From Rhabdothermincola sp. (GTDB taxonomy: Bacteria > Actinomycetota > Acidimicrobiia > Acidimicrobiales > Acidimicrobilacustridaceae), in contig NZ_DAIUCK010000001.1 of NCBI RefSeq assembly GCF_036846205.1, positions 4,961 to 68,960 of the forward strand: 64,000 bases of DNA. The letters run 5' to 3'. The position numbers were made by a program, and so were the translations under genes. Below, in pieces: positions 35,510-44,606 of the stretch (its first letter is position 1; every line of letters starts with the position of its first letter). The notes below the pieces were generated by a model. It saw only the letters and a program-made list of their open reading frames with translations, ran no database searches and was not told where the DNA came from.

Positions 35510-37755
35510 CGCTGCTCCACGTCCTCATGGCGACGACCGCGGACCAGCATCACCACGCCCACGGCGGCGACGGCCAGGACCGTGATCTCCCCCAAGGTGT
35601 CGAGTCCGCGAAAGTCGACGAGCACTACGTTGACCACGTTGCGGCCTCCCGCTTCGGATTGGGCGCGCTCGAGGTAGGCGTCGGACACCGGTGGGCTGCT
35701 GCGGGAAGCGGTCGACAGCAGGCTGAACACAAATACGAAGGCCGCGACGACCAGCGCCACGCTCGCGGCGACGAGCGAGCTCTGGCGGGTGCGGGGCGGG
35801 AACTCGTCCGGCAGTCGGCGCAGGACGAGCATGAACACCACCACGAGCAGGGTCTCGATGACGAGCTGGGTGAGCGCCAGGTCGGGGGCACCGTGGATGA
35901 CGAAGAGCCCCGCCATCGCGTAGCCGACGACGCCCAGGAGCACGACGGCGGAGAACCTCCGTCGCTGCCGGCAGGCAACGATCGCGGCGACCACCGCGAC
36001 GGCGCCGACGAAGCCCTGGAGCGGGGTGTGGGCCAGAGCCAGCGCCTGCGGCCATCGGGGGTCCAGGACCAGCGCCGCGGCGGGCACCGTCACGACCGTG
36101 AGCAGGATCACCGCGAGGTACACCGGCAACGAGCCGTTCTGCATCAACCCGGTGGCGTCCGCGGCACGGCGAGACAGCCCCTTGACGAGGCCGTCGTAGG
36201 CCCGATCGGCGCTCGGGACGGTCGGCATCGCGTCCTGCGCGGCCTCGAGCCGCACCCGCACGGCGATCAGGACCGCGCCCCCCGCGAGCGAGACCGCCGA
36301 GAGCAGGAGGGGGAGCTTCACGCCGTGCCAGAGCGCGAGGTAGGAGTCGGCAGGCACCGCACCCAGCGATCCCGCGGCAGCCCGTACGAGCCAGTCGAGC
36401 GTGGCGGGGAAGAGCCCGCACACGACCGTGATGGCCGCGAGGATCGCCACCGGCGCCACGAACGGTGGCGGCGGTCGATCGACGGGACGGTCCGGTCCCG
36501 GTCGGCCGCGGCCGAACGCCCCCAGCTGGAAGCGTGCGCTGTAGGCGACGGTGAGCATCGCCCCCGCGACCACCAGAACCCCGATCAGCGCCCGCTGGGG
36601 CACATCGGGCGCCACCACACCTTCCAGCACGAGCTCTTTGGCCACGAACCCCAACAAGGGCGGGACGCCGGCCATGGATGCCGCACAGATCCCCGCGGCC
36701 ACCGACAGGGCGGGCATCTTGCGGGCCATTCCGTTGAGCAGACGCAGGTCACGGGTCTTCGCCTGGTGGTCGACCACACCGACCGTGAGGAAGAGCCCGG
36801 CTTTGAAGGCGGCATGGGCCAGCAGCAACGCGCAACCGGCGAAGCTCGCCTGTGGCGTCCCGAGGCCGAAAAGCACCACCAACAGGCCCAGCTGGCTCAC
36901 GGTTCCGAAGGCGAGTAGGAGCTTCAGGTCGTGCTGGCGGAGCGCGCGGTATCCGCCGACGAACATGCTGGCCAGCCCGGCAGTGACGACGATCGGTCGC
37001 CACACCGCCACGTCCCCGAACACCGGCGCGAACCGGGCGATCACGAAGACCCCTGCCTTCACCATCGTCGCGGAGTGCAGGTATGCGCTCACCGGAGTGG
37101 GTGCGGCCATGGCCCGCGGCAACCAGCTGTGGAACGGTACCTGGGCCGACTTGGTGAGCGCTCCCACCAGCACCAGGACGAGCGCCACGCTCGTCACCGC
37201 GCCCGACGGCGGCTCCGCCAGCAGCTCAGAGAGCGTGAAGGTCCCGGCCTCCAAACCCAGCAGGACGAAGCCCGCCAGCATCGCCAACCCGCCCACCCCT
37301 GTCGTGAGCAGCGCCTGTAGTGCGGCAGAACGGGCATCTGCGTCGATGTCGTGGCTGCCGATGAGGAGGAACGAGGTGACGGTGGTGAGCTCCCAGAAGA
37401 CGAACAGTGTCAGCAGGTTGTCCGAGACGACCAAGCCGAGCATCGCTCCGGCGAAGGCGAGGAGCGTGGCCGCCAGCCGGCCGTTCGCAGGGTCGGGCCG
37501 CACGTACCACCGGCTGTACACGAAGACCAGCAGCCCGATCCCCGAGATCAGGAAGACGAAGAGCAGGGCGAAGCCGTCCAGCCTCAGCCGGATGTCGAGG
37601 CCGAGGCCGGGAACCCATTCCACACTCTGAACCAGCGATCCGCCATCCGCGATCGACGCTGCCTGCACCGCAGCCCAGACCAGAACGGCCGCGGGGACGA
37701 TTGCGCCCGCGAGGAACACCCGGGTGCCGAGGCGGCGTGCCACGGCGGGAAGCAC
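35506..37755 (-). CDS. mnhA: Mrp/Mnh antiporter subunit A (NuoL-like, with C-terminal MnhB-like extension)
   Basis: 749 aa from GTG 37755. NuoL-type core. The true start is probably upstream (in-frame CTG 37804, preceded by GAGGAGG); see findings. Confidence 0.85.
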   Translation of the reverse strand: MLPAVARRLGTRVFLAGAIVPAAVLVWAAVQAASIADGGSLVQSVEWVPGLGLDIRLRLDGFALLFVFLISGIGLLVFVYSRWYVRPDPANGRLAATLLAFAGAMLGLVVSDNLLTLFVFWELTTVTSFLLIGSHDIDADARSAALQALLTTGVGGLAMLAGFVLLGLEAGTFTLSELLAEPPSGAVTSVALVLVLVGALTKSAQVPFHSWLPRAMAAPTPVSAYLHSATMVKAGVFVIARFAPVFGDVAVWRPIVVTAGLASMFVGGYRALRQHDLKLLLAFGTVSQLGLLVVLFGLGTPQASFAGCALLLAHAAFKAGLFLTVGVVDHQAKTRDLRLLNGMARKMPALSVAAGICAASMAGVPPLLGFVAKELVLEGVVAPDVPQRALIGVLVVAGAMLTVAYSARFQLGAFGRGRPGPDRPVDRPPPPFVAPVAILAAITVVCGLFPATLDWLVRAAAGSLGAVPADSYLALWHGVKLPLLLSAVSLAGGAVLIAVRVRLEAAQDAMPTVPSADRAYDGLVKGLSRRAADATGLMQNGSLPVYLAVILLTVVTVPAAALVLDPRWPQALALAHTPLQGFVGAVAVVAAIVACRQRRRFSAVVLLGVVGYAMAGLFVIHGAPDLALTQLVIETLLVVVFMLVLRRLPDEFPPRTRQSSLVAASVALVVAAFVFVFSLLSTASRSSPPVSDAYLERAQSEAGGRNVVNVVLVDFRGLDTLGEITVLAVAAVGVVMLVRGRRHEDVEQR

Positions 37756-38044
37756 GGCGACGCCGAGCAGATGGGCGGCGAGTAGCAGGAACAGTGGGTG
37801 GGCCTCCTCAGTCGCGGCGGACTGGCGCCGACCAGACTTCCCGGCTCACCCCTCAGCAGTGTAGGTGCGTCACCGGAACCATCGGTGTCTCGCGCCCTTC
37901 CTCGGTGGCCCCATCCCTTCGCCGCCGGCACGGCCTGGAGAGGCCCTGCCCGGTGTCTGGGCCAGCTACTACTTCGTACCCGATGGGGTAAGTGCGTCCA
38001 CACAGGTGTCCGATCCGTGGCAGACCCGATGCACCGACCTGGCC

Positions 38045-38064
38045 GAGGGAGCGTGAGGGAGCGT
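38045..38064 (+). repeat. Perfect tandem duplication 2x GAGGGAGCGT immediately upstream of ATG 38068
   Basis: GAGGGAGCGT at 38045-38054 and 38055-38064. This gives two SD-like GAGGGAG motifs. Confidence 0.6.
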
Positions 38065-38067
38065 GAG

Positions 38068-38394
38068 ATGGGCAAGTTGGAAGAGGTGGCCGTCAACGCC
38101 GAGTTGCTCCTGCGGATCACCTCCACGCGAGAGGCTCTCACCCCCTACAACCCCGTCGAGCCGATCGTCGACCTGCTGCTCGACCTGCGGACGGCACACG
38201 TCAGCCCCCGGATCGTCGAGATCGTCGACGGACACTTGGCGGCCGTGAGCCACCGCCGCCTGCTCGCTGCCGGTGAGCTCTTCCCGATGCTCGCCCAGCT
38301 CGAACAGCAACTTCACGACCGGCTGCCCGCCAGCGGTTCGACTCAGCACGCTGGGGCGTCCGGTCCCCGAGACGGGGTCCGGGGGGCACGCTGA
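38068..38394 (+). CDS. Hypothetical protein (108 aa)
   Basis: ATG with SD-like repeat upstream. High GC3 codon pattern. No recognisable family. Confidence 0.4.
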   Translation: MGKLEEVAVNAELLLRITSTREALTPYNPVEPIVDLLLDLRTAHVSPRIVEIVDGHLAAVSHRRLLAAGELFPMLAQLEQQLHDRLPASGSTQHAGASGPRDGVRGAR

Positions 38395-38864
38395 CTCAGC
38401 TCCGCGCGGCCGTTCCCGACGGGGTCGTCACCCTCCGGATCGACGCCCGCGCGAGCTCGGCGCTCGAGGGCGGCCAGCTGGTCCCGGTCGAGCTTGCGCC
38501 ACAACCGTGGGTACACATCGGCGTTCATGAGGTCGACGTGCTCGCGCAGCGCCGCGAGCACATGGTCCGGGCTGACGCACACGTCGAACTCGCTCGGCAG
38601 GGCGCGAAGCGCCGAGCGGATCTCGTGGTGCCGAACCCGAGCCCAGCGCGCCTGTTCCCGACCGAAGGCAACCAAACGCTCGTGGGCGGTCAACACTGCT
38701 CGCTCTTCCACTTGCAGGTACTGCTCCACCGCCGCGCAGACCTGTCCCCACTCGTCGCCGGCGATCGGGTGCTCGCTGCATGCCGCGGCGACGCCTGCCA
38801 ACGCGTCGTCCTGGAGCCGGCGCAGCTCCCCGAAGGGCTCGGCCCTCACACCTGCCCGGACCAT
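38343..38864 (-). CDS. Hemerythrin-like (HHE cation-binding) domain protein, tentative
   Basis: Spaced His/Glu pairs (YLQVEERAV, RHHEIRSAL, LREHVDLMNADVYP). ATG 38864 overlaps the upstream stop as TGATG. Confidence 0.4.
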   Translation of the reverse strand: MVRAGVRAEPFGELRRLQDDALAGVAAACSEHPIAGDEWGQVCAAVEQYLQVEERAVLTAHERLVAFGREQARWARVRHHEIRSALRALPSEFDVCVSPDHVLAALREHVDLMNADVYPRLWRKLDRDQLAALERRARAGVDPEGDDPVGNGRAELSQRAPRTPSRGPDAPAC

Positions 38865-39199
38865 CACGGCCGGGAGGGCCGGCGCCAGTCGAGCTGGTGC
38901 CACCAGTTGCCGAGACCGAGCCGCCGCCGCTGCTCGAGCTCCACCACCGTGCTGGCAACCAGCATCGACCCAAGCAACATGAACAGATAGCCGATGAAGG
39001 CCGCGGCCACGGCGACTTGCAGGAACCCGACCGTCATCGGGGCCCCCGCCAGCACCGCGCTCGCCCCAACCACCAGCCGGAGTGCCGCGGTGCGCCGTTC
39101 CGCGACGGTGAGCGGGTCCGGGTCGTCCTGCAGGTGGGCCGCGATGTCATCGAGGAGCCGCTCCTCCTCACGGGACAGGCGCAAGCTCTCGTGCTCCAT
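38864..39199 (-). CDS. DUF3040-like small membrane protein
   Basis: LSREEERLLDDIAAHLQDDPDP N-terminus followed by two hydrophobic helices, the typical DUF3040 layout. Confidence 0.65.
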   Translation of the reverse strand: MEHESLRLSREEERLLDDIAAHLQDDPDPLTVAERRTAALRLVVGASAVLAGAPMTVGFLQVAVAAAFIGYLFMLLGSMLVASTVVELEQRRRLGLGNWWHQLDWRRPSRP

Positions 39200-39329
39200 G
39201 CAACACCTCCCCATCGCGATGCGGCCTGCCTACCCAGTTCATCCCGCGAGCATGCCGACCCGCCCAGGGAAAGGGCGAGGAGGCAGGACGGTTCAGATCG
39301 CGGCCGGCACGGGTAGATCAGGTGCTCGC

Positions 39330-39740
39330 ATGAGCCCCGACGAGCAGGATGCCGCCGAACAACTCGACGATGAGACCGTCGACGCGGCCGACTACCCGCC
39401 AGAACAGCCACTCGGCGTGGAGGAGTTCGGGGTCACCGCCGTGGAGGAGGAAGGTCGCGAGTCCGTCGTCCAGCGCGACCGTCGCGAGGATCACCGGGCC
39501 GATCTGCGCGAGCCCCCGCCGCCGGTCGCAGACATGATCGAGCCCGACATGACCGATGCACCCGGGCTCACTGACGACACGGCGGAGCTCGTGGCCGACC
39601 GGGCCGACGAGCCGGACATCCTCTCGGCGGAGGAAGCCGCCATGCACCTCCTCGAGGAGTCGAGCGACCGCGACGTCGAAGGACTCCCGGGCGAGGATCT
39701 CGACACCAGCAGCGACCCGGTCGAGTCCACCGACAACTGA
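39330..39740 (+). CDS. Highly acidic protein, DUF5709-like (tentative)
   Basis: 136 aa, about 35% Asp+Glu. LSAEEAAMHLLEE motif near the C-terminus. Confidence 0.5.
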   Translation: MSPDEQDAAEQLDDETVDAADYPPEQPLGVEEFGVTAVEEEGRESVVQRDRREDHRADLREPPPPVADMIEPDMTDAPGLTDDTAELVADRADEPDILSAEEAAMHLLEESSDRDVEGLPGEDLDTSSDPVESTDN

Positions 39741-39806
39741 CTTCCACCTGGGCGCGGGGGACAGCGCCCGGGCGACGAGGACAACGAGGGTCCGCCAGGC
39801 CGTCAT

Positions 39807-40544
39807 TCACCGTTCCTGGGGCGCGATCCGAGACCGTAGCCGTATCAGGCTCCGCCGCAGGATCCGCGACAGGTAGGACTGGCTCACCCCGATCCGATCG
39901 GCGATCTCCTGTTGACCCAGGCCTTCGACGAACCGGAGGTAGATCACGGTCCGCTCGCGTTCGGGCAACCCGTCGAGCACCTGGTCAAGCACGAGACGAT
40001 GGTCGGTCGCCGCGAAACCCGGGTCGAGGTGCGCCAGCGGCCGTTTCAACTCACGGCTCACCCCGTCCGCGAAGCTCACCGTCTCGTCCAGGCTGGCCGT
40101 CTGGTGCGCTGCGCCTGCTTCGAGGGCCTCGAGGATGCGGTCCTCGTCGACCCGCAACTCGGCTGCCAGCTCCGGAACCGTCGGGGACCTTCCCAGGCGC
40201 TGCGTCAGCGCGTCGATCGATGACCGCAGCTCGAGGTGCAACTCTTGGGCCCGCCTCGGCGGGCGTACGAGCCAGGTTCGATCTCGGAAGTAGCGCTTCA
40301 GTTCGCCTTCGATCGTGCGGCTGGCGAACGTGGCAAACGAGACCCCCAACGACGGGTCGAAGCGCTCGACCGCGTGAAGGATCGCCAGCAACGCGATCTG
40401 GCGGAGGTCATCGTCAGGTATGCCCCGGCGCGAGTACCGGCGAACGAAGAACTCCGCCAGGCCGCGATGCGCCTCGATGAGACGGTTGCGCAGTGCACGC
40501 TGGCGCGTGCGGTGGTACTCGACGAACAGGTCCTCAAGGCTCAC
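39807..40544 (-). CDS. RNA polymerase sigma factor, SigB/SigF/SigG (group 3) subfamily
   Basis: Region 2 DDLRQIALLAILHAVERFDP...FATFASRTIEGELKRYFRD. Region 4 RERTVIYLRFVEGLGQQEIADRIGVSQSYLSRIL. Confidence 0.9.
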   Translation of the reverse strand: MSLEDLFVEYHRTRQRALRNRLIEAHRGLAEFFVRRYSRRGIPDDDLRQIALLAILHAVERFDPSLGVSFATFASRTIEGELKRYFRDRTWLVRPPRRAQELHLELRSSIDALTQRLGRSPTVPELAAELRVDEDRILEALEAGAAHQTASLDETVSFADGVSRELKRPLAHLDPGFAATDHRLVLDQVLDGLPERERTVIYLRFVEGLGQQEIADRIGVSQSYLSRILRRSLIRLRSRIAPQER

Positions 40545-40707
40545 GTCAGGACTTCTCTGAGCTGCTGCCGTCAGCGGGCGAGGCTCACGAGCACGCTCCC
40601 ACCCGCTGCCTGGACATGAGGCCGCCTCTACCCCACCCGCCCAGCGCTAGTACCCGCCCGAAGCGCGAGCGGCATGCTCAGCCAGACAGGTGGGTGCGCG
40701 AGTGGGT

Positions 40708-40733
40708 GTTCTGACTGATCCGGCAACGGGGTA
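40708..40733 (+). promoter_or_regulatory. Candidate SigB/F-type promoter (GTTC-N17-GGGTA) upstream of the PP2C phosphatase gene
   Basis: GTTC at 40708-40711 and GGGTA at 40729-40733. Compared by eye with the GTTT-N15-17-GGGTA consensus; the -35 is imperfect. Confidence 0.2.
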
Positions 40734-40756
40734 GTCCCCGGCCGGCAAGGGGGCTG

Positions 40757-43444
40757 GTGAGGGCCACTCCTCTCGTTCCGGTAGGGCCGCCTCCAGGCGG
40801 TCATGCTCCGCCCACCCTCACCGGCTCCCTTCGTCGTGCCCCGGGAGCCGCGCGGCGGAACGGGCATCGGGTTCCTAGACTCACGGTGGTGACCGGCTCC
40901 GACGACCTGGCCGACCTGGCAACGGCGTCGCGGGCGATCGCCGAGACCGAGACGCTCGACGAGCTGATCGGGGTCGTCGCCGAGCTGGCCCGGGAGCTCA
41001 TCGGTTCCCGCGAGGCCGAGGTCCGATACCTCACGGACGGATCCACAACCCGGCACCCCTCCCCCATCGGGCCCCGAGAGCCCGGAGGGGAGCCCGTTCT
41101 CGAAGCACCGCTACTGCGGGGAGACGGCACGTGCATGGGCGTGATCCGCCTCGCCGGCAAGCGCGACCGGTCGGCGTGGTTCTCTCCGGATGACGAACGC
41201 CTGCTCACCATGCTGGGGCAGATCGCCTCGGCCACGATCAGTCACGTCGAGCTCCTCGAACGTGAGCGCCGGACGCGTCGAGAGCTCGAACGCGAGCGGC
41301 GCATCGTCGAGTCGCTCTGGGCGGTCGGGCAGACGATCAGCCGCCAGCTCGACCTCCACGAGATCATCCAGATGGCCACCGACGCCGCCACGACCCTCAC
41401 GGGCGCGGCGTCCGGTGCCTTCTTCTTCCGCGGAGATGACGCGCCACCTGAGCCGACCCTCTCGACAGGCGCAGCGGCGCTGGTCGGGGCCCCCGACCCG
41501 GCCTGGATGACCCCGCTGCTCGCCGAGGTCTTCACCACCGATGGGCTCGTCTGCTACGAGGACGTCACGGCCTCGCCACCGGACGGCTCGGCGGCGCCCG
41601 ACCAGGAATCGTCCGGGGACCCGCGGGTTCGGAGCTTTCTCGGCGTGCCCGTCAGCCTCGCGGACGGGACCGTCGTGGGAGCGGTCGTGCTCTGGCACGT
41701 CGAGCCCGGCCGATTCACGCGCGACGACCAGCGACTCGCGATCGGGATCAGCCGCCAGGCGGCGGTGGCCATCGCCAACGCTCGGTCCCTCGAAGCCGAA
41801 CGGGTCCTCGCGAACGAGCTCCGGCGGGCCCACACCCATCTCGAGGTCGCGCTCGCCGCCGCGAAGGCCGGGAACTGGACCTGGAACATGGCCACCGGTG
41901 AGGTCTCGTGGTCGCCGGTGCTCGAAGCGATCTACGGCTTCGAGCCAGGCTCGTTCCCCGGGACCTTCGAGGCCTACGTGGAGCGGATCCATCCGGACCA
42001 CCGCGCCGCGGCCATCGAAGCGATCGAGCGCGCGGTGGCGGAGCCGCGCACCTTCGAGTATCGCTACCCGATCGTTCGGCTCGACGGGCACCTGCGCTGG
42101 CTCGAAGGGGCAGGGCAGCCGATCCTCGACGAGTCCGGAGCGCTCACCGGCATGGCTGGCGTCTGCTCGGACATCACCGACCGGGTGCACAGCGAGCGCC
42201 GAACGCGTGCCGAGCTGGCGGTGACCAAGGTCCTCGCCGAGAAGCCACCGATCGTCGACACGCTCCCGCTCATCCTCGAAGCCATCGGTGAGCACCTCGG
42301 GTGGGACCTCACCCAGCTCTGGCTCGAGCGCGAGGCAGGCTCACTGGTTCGCGAGCACGGCTGGACCTCCTCCCCGGATGCGTACGCCTCCTTCGTGAAG
42401 GCCTCCGAGCAGGTCCACTTCACCCGGGGGACGGGCCTCCCGGGGCAGGTGTGGGAATCCGGTCGCATGGAGACCGTGACCGATGTCAGCCGCGATCCCA
42501 CCTTCCTCCGCGCACCCGCAGCGCTGGCAGCCGGGCTCCGTGGCGGGGTCGCCTACCCGATCCATGTCGCCGGCGAACTGGTGGGAGTCCTGGAGTGCTA
42601 CCGCCGAGCCCCGCTCGACGAGGCGCTGGAGCTGCTGAGCGCGATGTCCACCATCGCCACCCAGCTCGGCCAGTTCCTCGGCCGCATCCGAGCCGAGACG
42701 GCTCGACGCGAGCTGTTCGAGGAGCGGAGCCGGGTGGCACGGGTCCTCCAGCAGAGCCTGCTCCCTCCCCGGTTGCCCGAGATCCCAGGGCTGTCGCTCG
42801 CAGCGCGCTACCGGCCGGGCAGCGAAGAGGTCGGTGGCGATTTCTACGACCTGTTCCCGCTGGCCGAGGACGAATGGGGTCTGTCCATCGGCGACGTCTG
42901 CGGGAAGGGTCCCGAGGCCGCGACGCTCACGGCTCTGGCCCGGCATGGCATGCACACCGCCTCGATCATGAACCGCTCCCCGGCGAGCGTGCTGACGGCG
43001 TTGAACGACTCCCTGCGGGGCACCGACCCCACCGGCCGGTTCTGCTCGGCCGTGCTGGCTCGGCTGGCCGTGGGATCGGGCGGGCTGCGGGTTCGCTGGG
43101 CGTCGGCCGGCCACCCGCCGCTCCTGGTCTCCCAGGGCGGCGGCCCCCTCCGTGCGCTGACGGCCAAGGGAACGCTCCTCGGCGTGTTCGAGGACATCCG
43201 CCTCGACGAGCGCGAGCTCCTCCTCGGGCCCGGTGATCTCATGGTCCTCTACACCGATGGCATCACCGAAGCCCGGCGGGGTGACGAGTTCTTCGGCCTC
43301 GACGGACTGCGGGAGGCCGTCGAGGCGAGCAGGGGTGAGAGCGTGGAGGCGATCGCGGAAGGCGTCATCGCCGCGGTGGAGGCGTTCGACGCCTCAGCGG
43401 ATCGGGACGACCTCGCGCTCGTCGTGGTCGGCGTGCCTGAGTGA
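40757..43444 (+). CDS. GAF-GAF-PAS-GAF-PP2C (SpoIIE/RsbU-type) serine phosphatase
   Basis: C-terminal ARVLQQSLLPP...GGDFYD...GDVCGKG...LYTDGITEA...DDLALVVV. PAS block WTWNMATGEVSWSP...ERIHPDH. The start may be GTG 40886. Confidence 0.85.
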   Translation: MRATPLVPVGPPPGGHAPPTLTGSLRRAPGAARRNGHRVPRLTVVTGSDDLADLATASRAIAETETLDELIGVVAELARELIGSREAEVRYLTDGSTTRHPSPIGPREPGGEPVLEAPLLRGDGTCMGVIRLAGKRDRSAWFSPDDERLLTMLGQIASATISHVELLERERRTRRELERERRIVESLWAVGQTISRQLDLHEIIQMATDAATTLTGAASGAFFFRGDDAPPEPTLSTGAAALVGAPDPAWMTPLLAEVFTTDGLVCYEDVTASPPDGSAAPDQESSGDPRVRSFLGVPVSLADGTVVGAVVLWHVEPGRFTRDDQRLAIGISRQAAVAIANARSLEAERVLANELRRAHTHLEVALAAAKAGNWTWNMATGEVSWSPVLEAIYGFEPGSFPGTFEAYVERIHPDHRAAAIEAIERAVAEPRTFEYRYPIVRLDGHLRWLEGAGQPILDESGALTGMAGVCSDITDRVHSERRTRAELAVTKVLAEKPPIVDTLPLILEAIGEHLGWDLTQLWLEREAGSLVREHGWTSSPDAYASFVKASEQVHFTRGTGLPGQVWESGRMETVTDVSRDPTFLRAPAALAAGLRGGVAYPIHVAGELVGVLECYRRAPLDEALELLSAMSTIATQLGQFLGRIRAETARRELFEERSRVARVLQQSLLPPRLPEIPGLSLAARYRPGSEEVGGDFYDLFPLAEDEWGLSIGDVCGKGPEAATLTALARHGMHTASIMNRSPASVLTALNDSLRGTDPTGRFCSAVLARLAVGSGGLRVRWASAGHPPLLVSQGGGPLRALTAKGTLLGVFEDIRLDERELLLGPGDLMVLYTDGITEARRGDEFFGLDGLREAVEASRGESVEAIAEGVIAAVEAFDASADRDDLALVVVGVPE

Positions 43445-43481
43445 GTTCCCCACCGTCGATCGGCGGGGAGCCCCGCCTGGC

Positions 43482-43508
43482 CCGGGACCCGCTCGGGACC
43501 GGTCCCGG
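43482..43508 (+). terminator. GC hairpin / palindrome downstream of the phosphatase gene
   Basis: CCGGGACC-11 nt-GGTCCCGG. Contains the 14-bp palindrome CGGGACCGGTCCCG (43494-43507). No U-tract. Confidence 0.3.
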
Positions 43509-43657
43509 CCAGCCAGCCCTGAAGCGGGTCCCTGGTCACATCCGGCTTCCGAGGCGACGGCAGCACCGAGACGAACCTAGAGTTCCCGTCCGGAGCTGGC
43601 CCTCGGCGGCCAGCCGTGGGGCATGGCCCGGAAGGCCATGACACCGGTTCGATCGAC

Positions 43658-44092
43658 ATGACCACGACACCGAGGCGGTTCGAAGCCCATTTTCCGCCCG
43701 ATCTCGGTAGCGCGCGGGCCGCGCGCCGTTTCGTGCTCTCGGTCATGGGGCGCGATCACGGGACCGAGGATGAGGTTGAGCTGATGGTGTCCGAGCTGGC
43801 CTCGAACGTGATTCTGCACGCCTGTACGCCGTTCACGATCCGGGTCGATCACGATGAGGTCAACCACGTGCTTCGGGTCGAATGCCATGACGGAGCGCGG
43901 ACACTGCCCGTCTTGAAGGGCTACGCCCCCCGAGCGGTGACCGGGCGAGGTCTGCAGATCATCGATCACCTCGCCGACCGGTGGGGTGTCGAGGTGGACC
44001 ACGAGGGCAAGACCGTGTGGTTCGAGGTCGGGCTGGGCGGATGCTCCGGATCACCTCCCGACGATCCGGTCCACAACGGCGATCGCGCCTGA
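43658..44092 (+). CDS. RsbW/SpoIIAB-like ATP-binding anti-sigma factor / serine kinase (HATPase_c_2)
   Basis: ARRFV...EVELMVSELASNVILHA...TGRGLQIIDHLADRWGVE. Confidence 0.75.
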   Translation: MTTTPRRFEAHFPPDLGSARAARRFVLSVMGRDHGTEDEVELMVSELASNVILHACTPFTIRVDHDEVNHVLRVECHDGARTLPVLKGYAPRAVTGRGLQIIDHLADRWGVEVDHEGKTVWFEVGLGGCSGSPPDDPVHNGDRA

Positions 44093-44227
44093 CCCTGCGC
44101 GCTCCCATCGCACATCCCGCCTCCCCGCTCGCCCTCCGTAGCCACCCTCGGCTCTGCCTCCCCGAAACCCGGCGCCCTGGCACCGAAGGGCGAGTCAGGC
44201 TGCAAGGCCCTGGGTAGGACCGACAAC

Positions 44228-44563
44228 GTGGAAGCGGGTTCGGCCATCGAGCGGGCACACCGGGCCTACGTCGCCGCGGCGGCGGTGCTCGTCGTGCTGA
44301 ACGTGGCCGACGTGGGGCTCACACGGGCAGCGATCGAGGCCGGCGCATCGGAGCTCAACCCGATCTCACGTTCGTTCATCGAGCACGGCGCTCTCGCCTA
44401 CGCCATCAAGTTCGCGGTTCCGGCGTCGGTGTTACTGATCGCGTTGCGTCGCCGGGCGCGAGCTCGCATCGACGTCATCCACGTGGCAGCGATCTGGACG
44501 ATCGTCGGGATCTACCTGATGGTCGTCTTCATCAATGCCGTCACGTGGGCTCACCTGCGCTGA
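44228..44563 (+). CDS. DUF5658-like small membrane protein
   Basis: 111 aa, 3-4 TM. LNVADVGLTRAAIEAGASELNP pattern. Confidence 0.55.
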   Translation: MEAGSAIERAHRAYVAAAAVLVVLNVADVGLTRAAIEAGASELNPISRSFIEHGALAYAIKFAVPASVLLIALRRRARARIDVIHVAAIWTIVGIYLMVVFINAVTWAHLR

Positions 44564-44606
44564 GTGTCCCGAACGGAGAAGGCTCGCCCTCGGCCCCGGG
44601 CGATCG

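Noticed and set aside
33106-36918. 516-aa and 463-aa plus-strand ORFs across the Mrp operon
   Set aside because: Antisense to mnhD and mnhA. The translations are hydrophilic, Arg/Asp/His/Glu-rich and repetitive.
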